A stretch of 52,386 nt of DNA, the filler included, from Barthelona sp. PAP020 (Eukaryota), in the NCBI GenBank assembly GCA_040182905.1. It is 2 parts of 2 records of this genome, joined end to end, with 100 filler letters (N's around TTAATTAATTAA, not from the genome) between each part and the next. Parts side by side here need not be neighbours in the genome. Positions count along the whole stretch, not along the records: positions 26,376 to 52,386 come from JARQWU010000140.1; 1 more part is not named here. One strand, given 5' to 3'. Each line of letters starts with the position of its first letter. Positions within the stretch are counted from its first letter, which is position 1. A program made the position numbers and the translations under genes. Shown here one piece after another: positions 51,199-52,386 of this stretch. Under the pieces are notes generated by a model, which saw only the letters and a program-made list of their open reading frames with translations, made no database searches and had not been told where the DNA came from.

Positions 51199-52176
51199 AT
51201 GAAAAAATCGAAGGATAATTTACCTTGGATTGAAAAATACAGGCCAACAACATTAGATGATGTTGTTGGAAATGAACATATCATTGCAAGACTGCGAGTT
51301 ATTGCTGCAACCGGAAATATGCCACATTTGATCTTATGTGGACCACCAGGAATTGGTAAAACAACATCAATTAAATGTTTAGCCAGAGCTTTATTTGGTA
51401 AAATGGCTAAAAAAGCTGTAAAAACTCTAAATGCATCAGATGACCGTGGTATTGATGTTGTACGAAATCAAATCAAGTCATTTGCCAGACAACAAGTAAC
51501 TTTACCTGATAATCGCTATAAATTCATTGTTTTAGATGAAGTTGATTCAATGACTTCTGCTGCTCAACAAGCTTTACGAGCAACTATGGAAGAATTTACA
51601 CATTCAACAAGATTTATTTTGGCATGCAATACTTCTAATAAGGTCATTGAACCTATCCAAAGTAGATGTGCTATTCTACGGTTTTCCAGAATTGAAAATG
51701 TTGAAATTTTAAAACGATTGGAAGCAATTTTTGAAAAAGAAAATATTAGTTATGATGATACTGGTTTAGAAGCTCTTTTGTTTGTTGCTGAAGGAGATAT
51801 GAGAGTAGCTCTCAATACGGCGGAGGCTTGTGTTGCTGGTTTAGGTAGTATAACTGGAGATAATGTTTTGAGGATTGCTGATGTTCCTCATCCTGTTGTT
51901 TTGAAAAATATGCTTGATGACATTCAAAAAGGTCTTTTGAAAGATGCTTTGGAAAAAATGTTCAGTTTAGTCAAGGAAGGTTACGATTCAACAGATATTT
52001 TAAGTGCTTTATTTAAGGTACTAAAGTGGATGAATGATTCTGAAATACCTGAGCAATTAAGACTTCATTTGTTAAAGCATGTTGCTGTCAGTCAAATGCA
52101 CAGTGAATCTGGAGTTACTGGAGCCACTGAATTAGTTGGTTTAGTTTCAAGGCTATATCAAGAAGCTACAAAATAA
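51199..52176 (+). CDS. RFC2: Replication factor C small subunit (human RFC2 / yeast Rfc4 type)
   Basis: PWIEKYRP, MPHLILCGPPGIGKTTS, LNASDDRGIDVVRNQIKSFA, LDEVDSMT.AAQQALR, IEPIQSRCAILRF and EGDMR. Confidence 0.95.
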   Translation: MKKSKDNLPWIEKYRPTTLDDVVGNEHIIARLRVIAATGNMPHLILCGPPGIGKTTSIKCLARALFGKMAKKAVKTLNASDDRGIDVVRNQIKSFARQQVTLPDNRYKFIVLDEVDSMTSAAQQALRATMEEFTHSTRFILACNTSNKVIEPIQSRCAILRFSRIENVEILKRLEAIFEKENISYDDTGLEALLFVAEGDMRVALNTAEACVAGLGSITGDNVLRIADVPHPVVLKNMLDDIQKGLLKDALEKMFSLVKEGYDSTDILSALFKVLKWMNDSEIPEQLRLHLLKHVAVSQMHSESGVTGATELVGLVSRLYQEATK

Positions 52177-52386
52177 TAAGAATAAATTATTTTTTCATCA
52201 AGTTTGTCAGTTGAACTGTTATTGCTTCAAAACTGTCAAGAATCCTTTTTTTTTTTTTTTTTTTCAAGAGTGTTGTTCTAATTGTAAAATTTTAATACCA
52301 AAGCGAACAAATTTCACGTAAAAGACAATATAGATGTGTTTAAGGATTCTTCTTGCAATTTCTGATATTAATGAGTATCAAAATTG

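Noticed and set aside
1..52386. Alternative genetic code, CRISPR arrays, tRNA/rRNA genes or autonomous transposons
   Set aside because: Conserved proteins translate fully in the standard code with all three stops used. I saw no repeat-spacer array, cloverleaf, rRNA-like segment, or transposase or reverse transcriptase motif.

Overview
This is AT-rich, gene-dense nuclear DNA from a unicellular flagellated eukaryote. It uses the standard genetic code (TAA, TAG and TGA all act as stops) and most intergenic spacers are about 100-500 bp. It is really two contigs joined by an artificial spacer (44 N + TTAATTAATTAA + 44 N, 26276-26375), so no neighbourhood inference is valid across that point. The left contig has a La-related protein, RPS26, EFHC1/Rib72, MSH6, a 915-aa type I membrane protein, a 7TM receptor fused to an inositol 5-phosphatase, an ankyrin protein, kinesin-3, HYLS1, an importin-beta, SEL1L/Hrd3, eL40 with a degenerate ubiquitin-like leader, and the 3' end of a variant ubiquitin. 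The right contig has truncated exportin-7, an RRM protein, a Frag1/DRAM-like protein, CHMP6, a short ARL13-like GTPase, CSL4, an apparently intronless 5695-aa cysteine-rich single-pass membrane protein and RFC2. The ORF track misses several tiny (34-44 nt) 5'-proximal GT-AG introns. Some have a branch point fused to the 3' splice site, which resembles metamonads (inference; I cannot name the organism). The strongest leads are the GPCR-5-phosphatase-C2 fusion, the degenerate Ubl-eL40 with archaeal-type zinc-finger spacing, the giant receptor-like protein and a perfect 32-bp intergenic inverted repeat. All family assignments come from motif recognition by eye; no database search was run.
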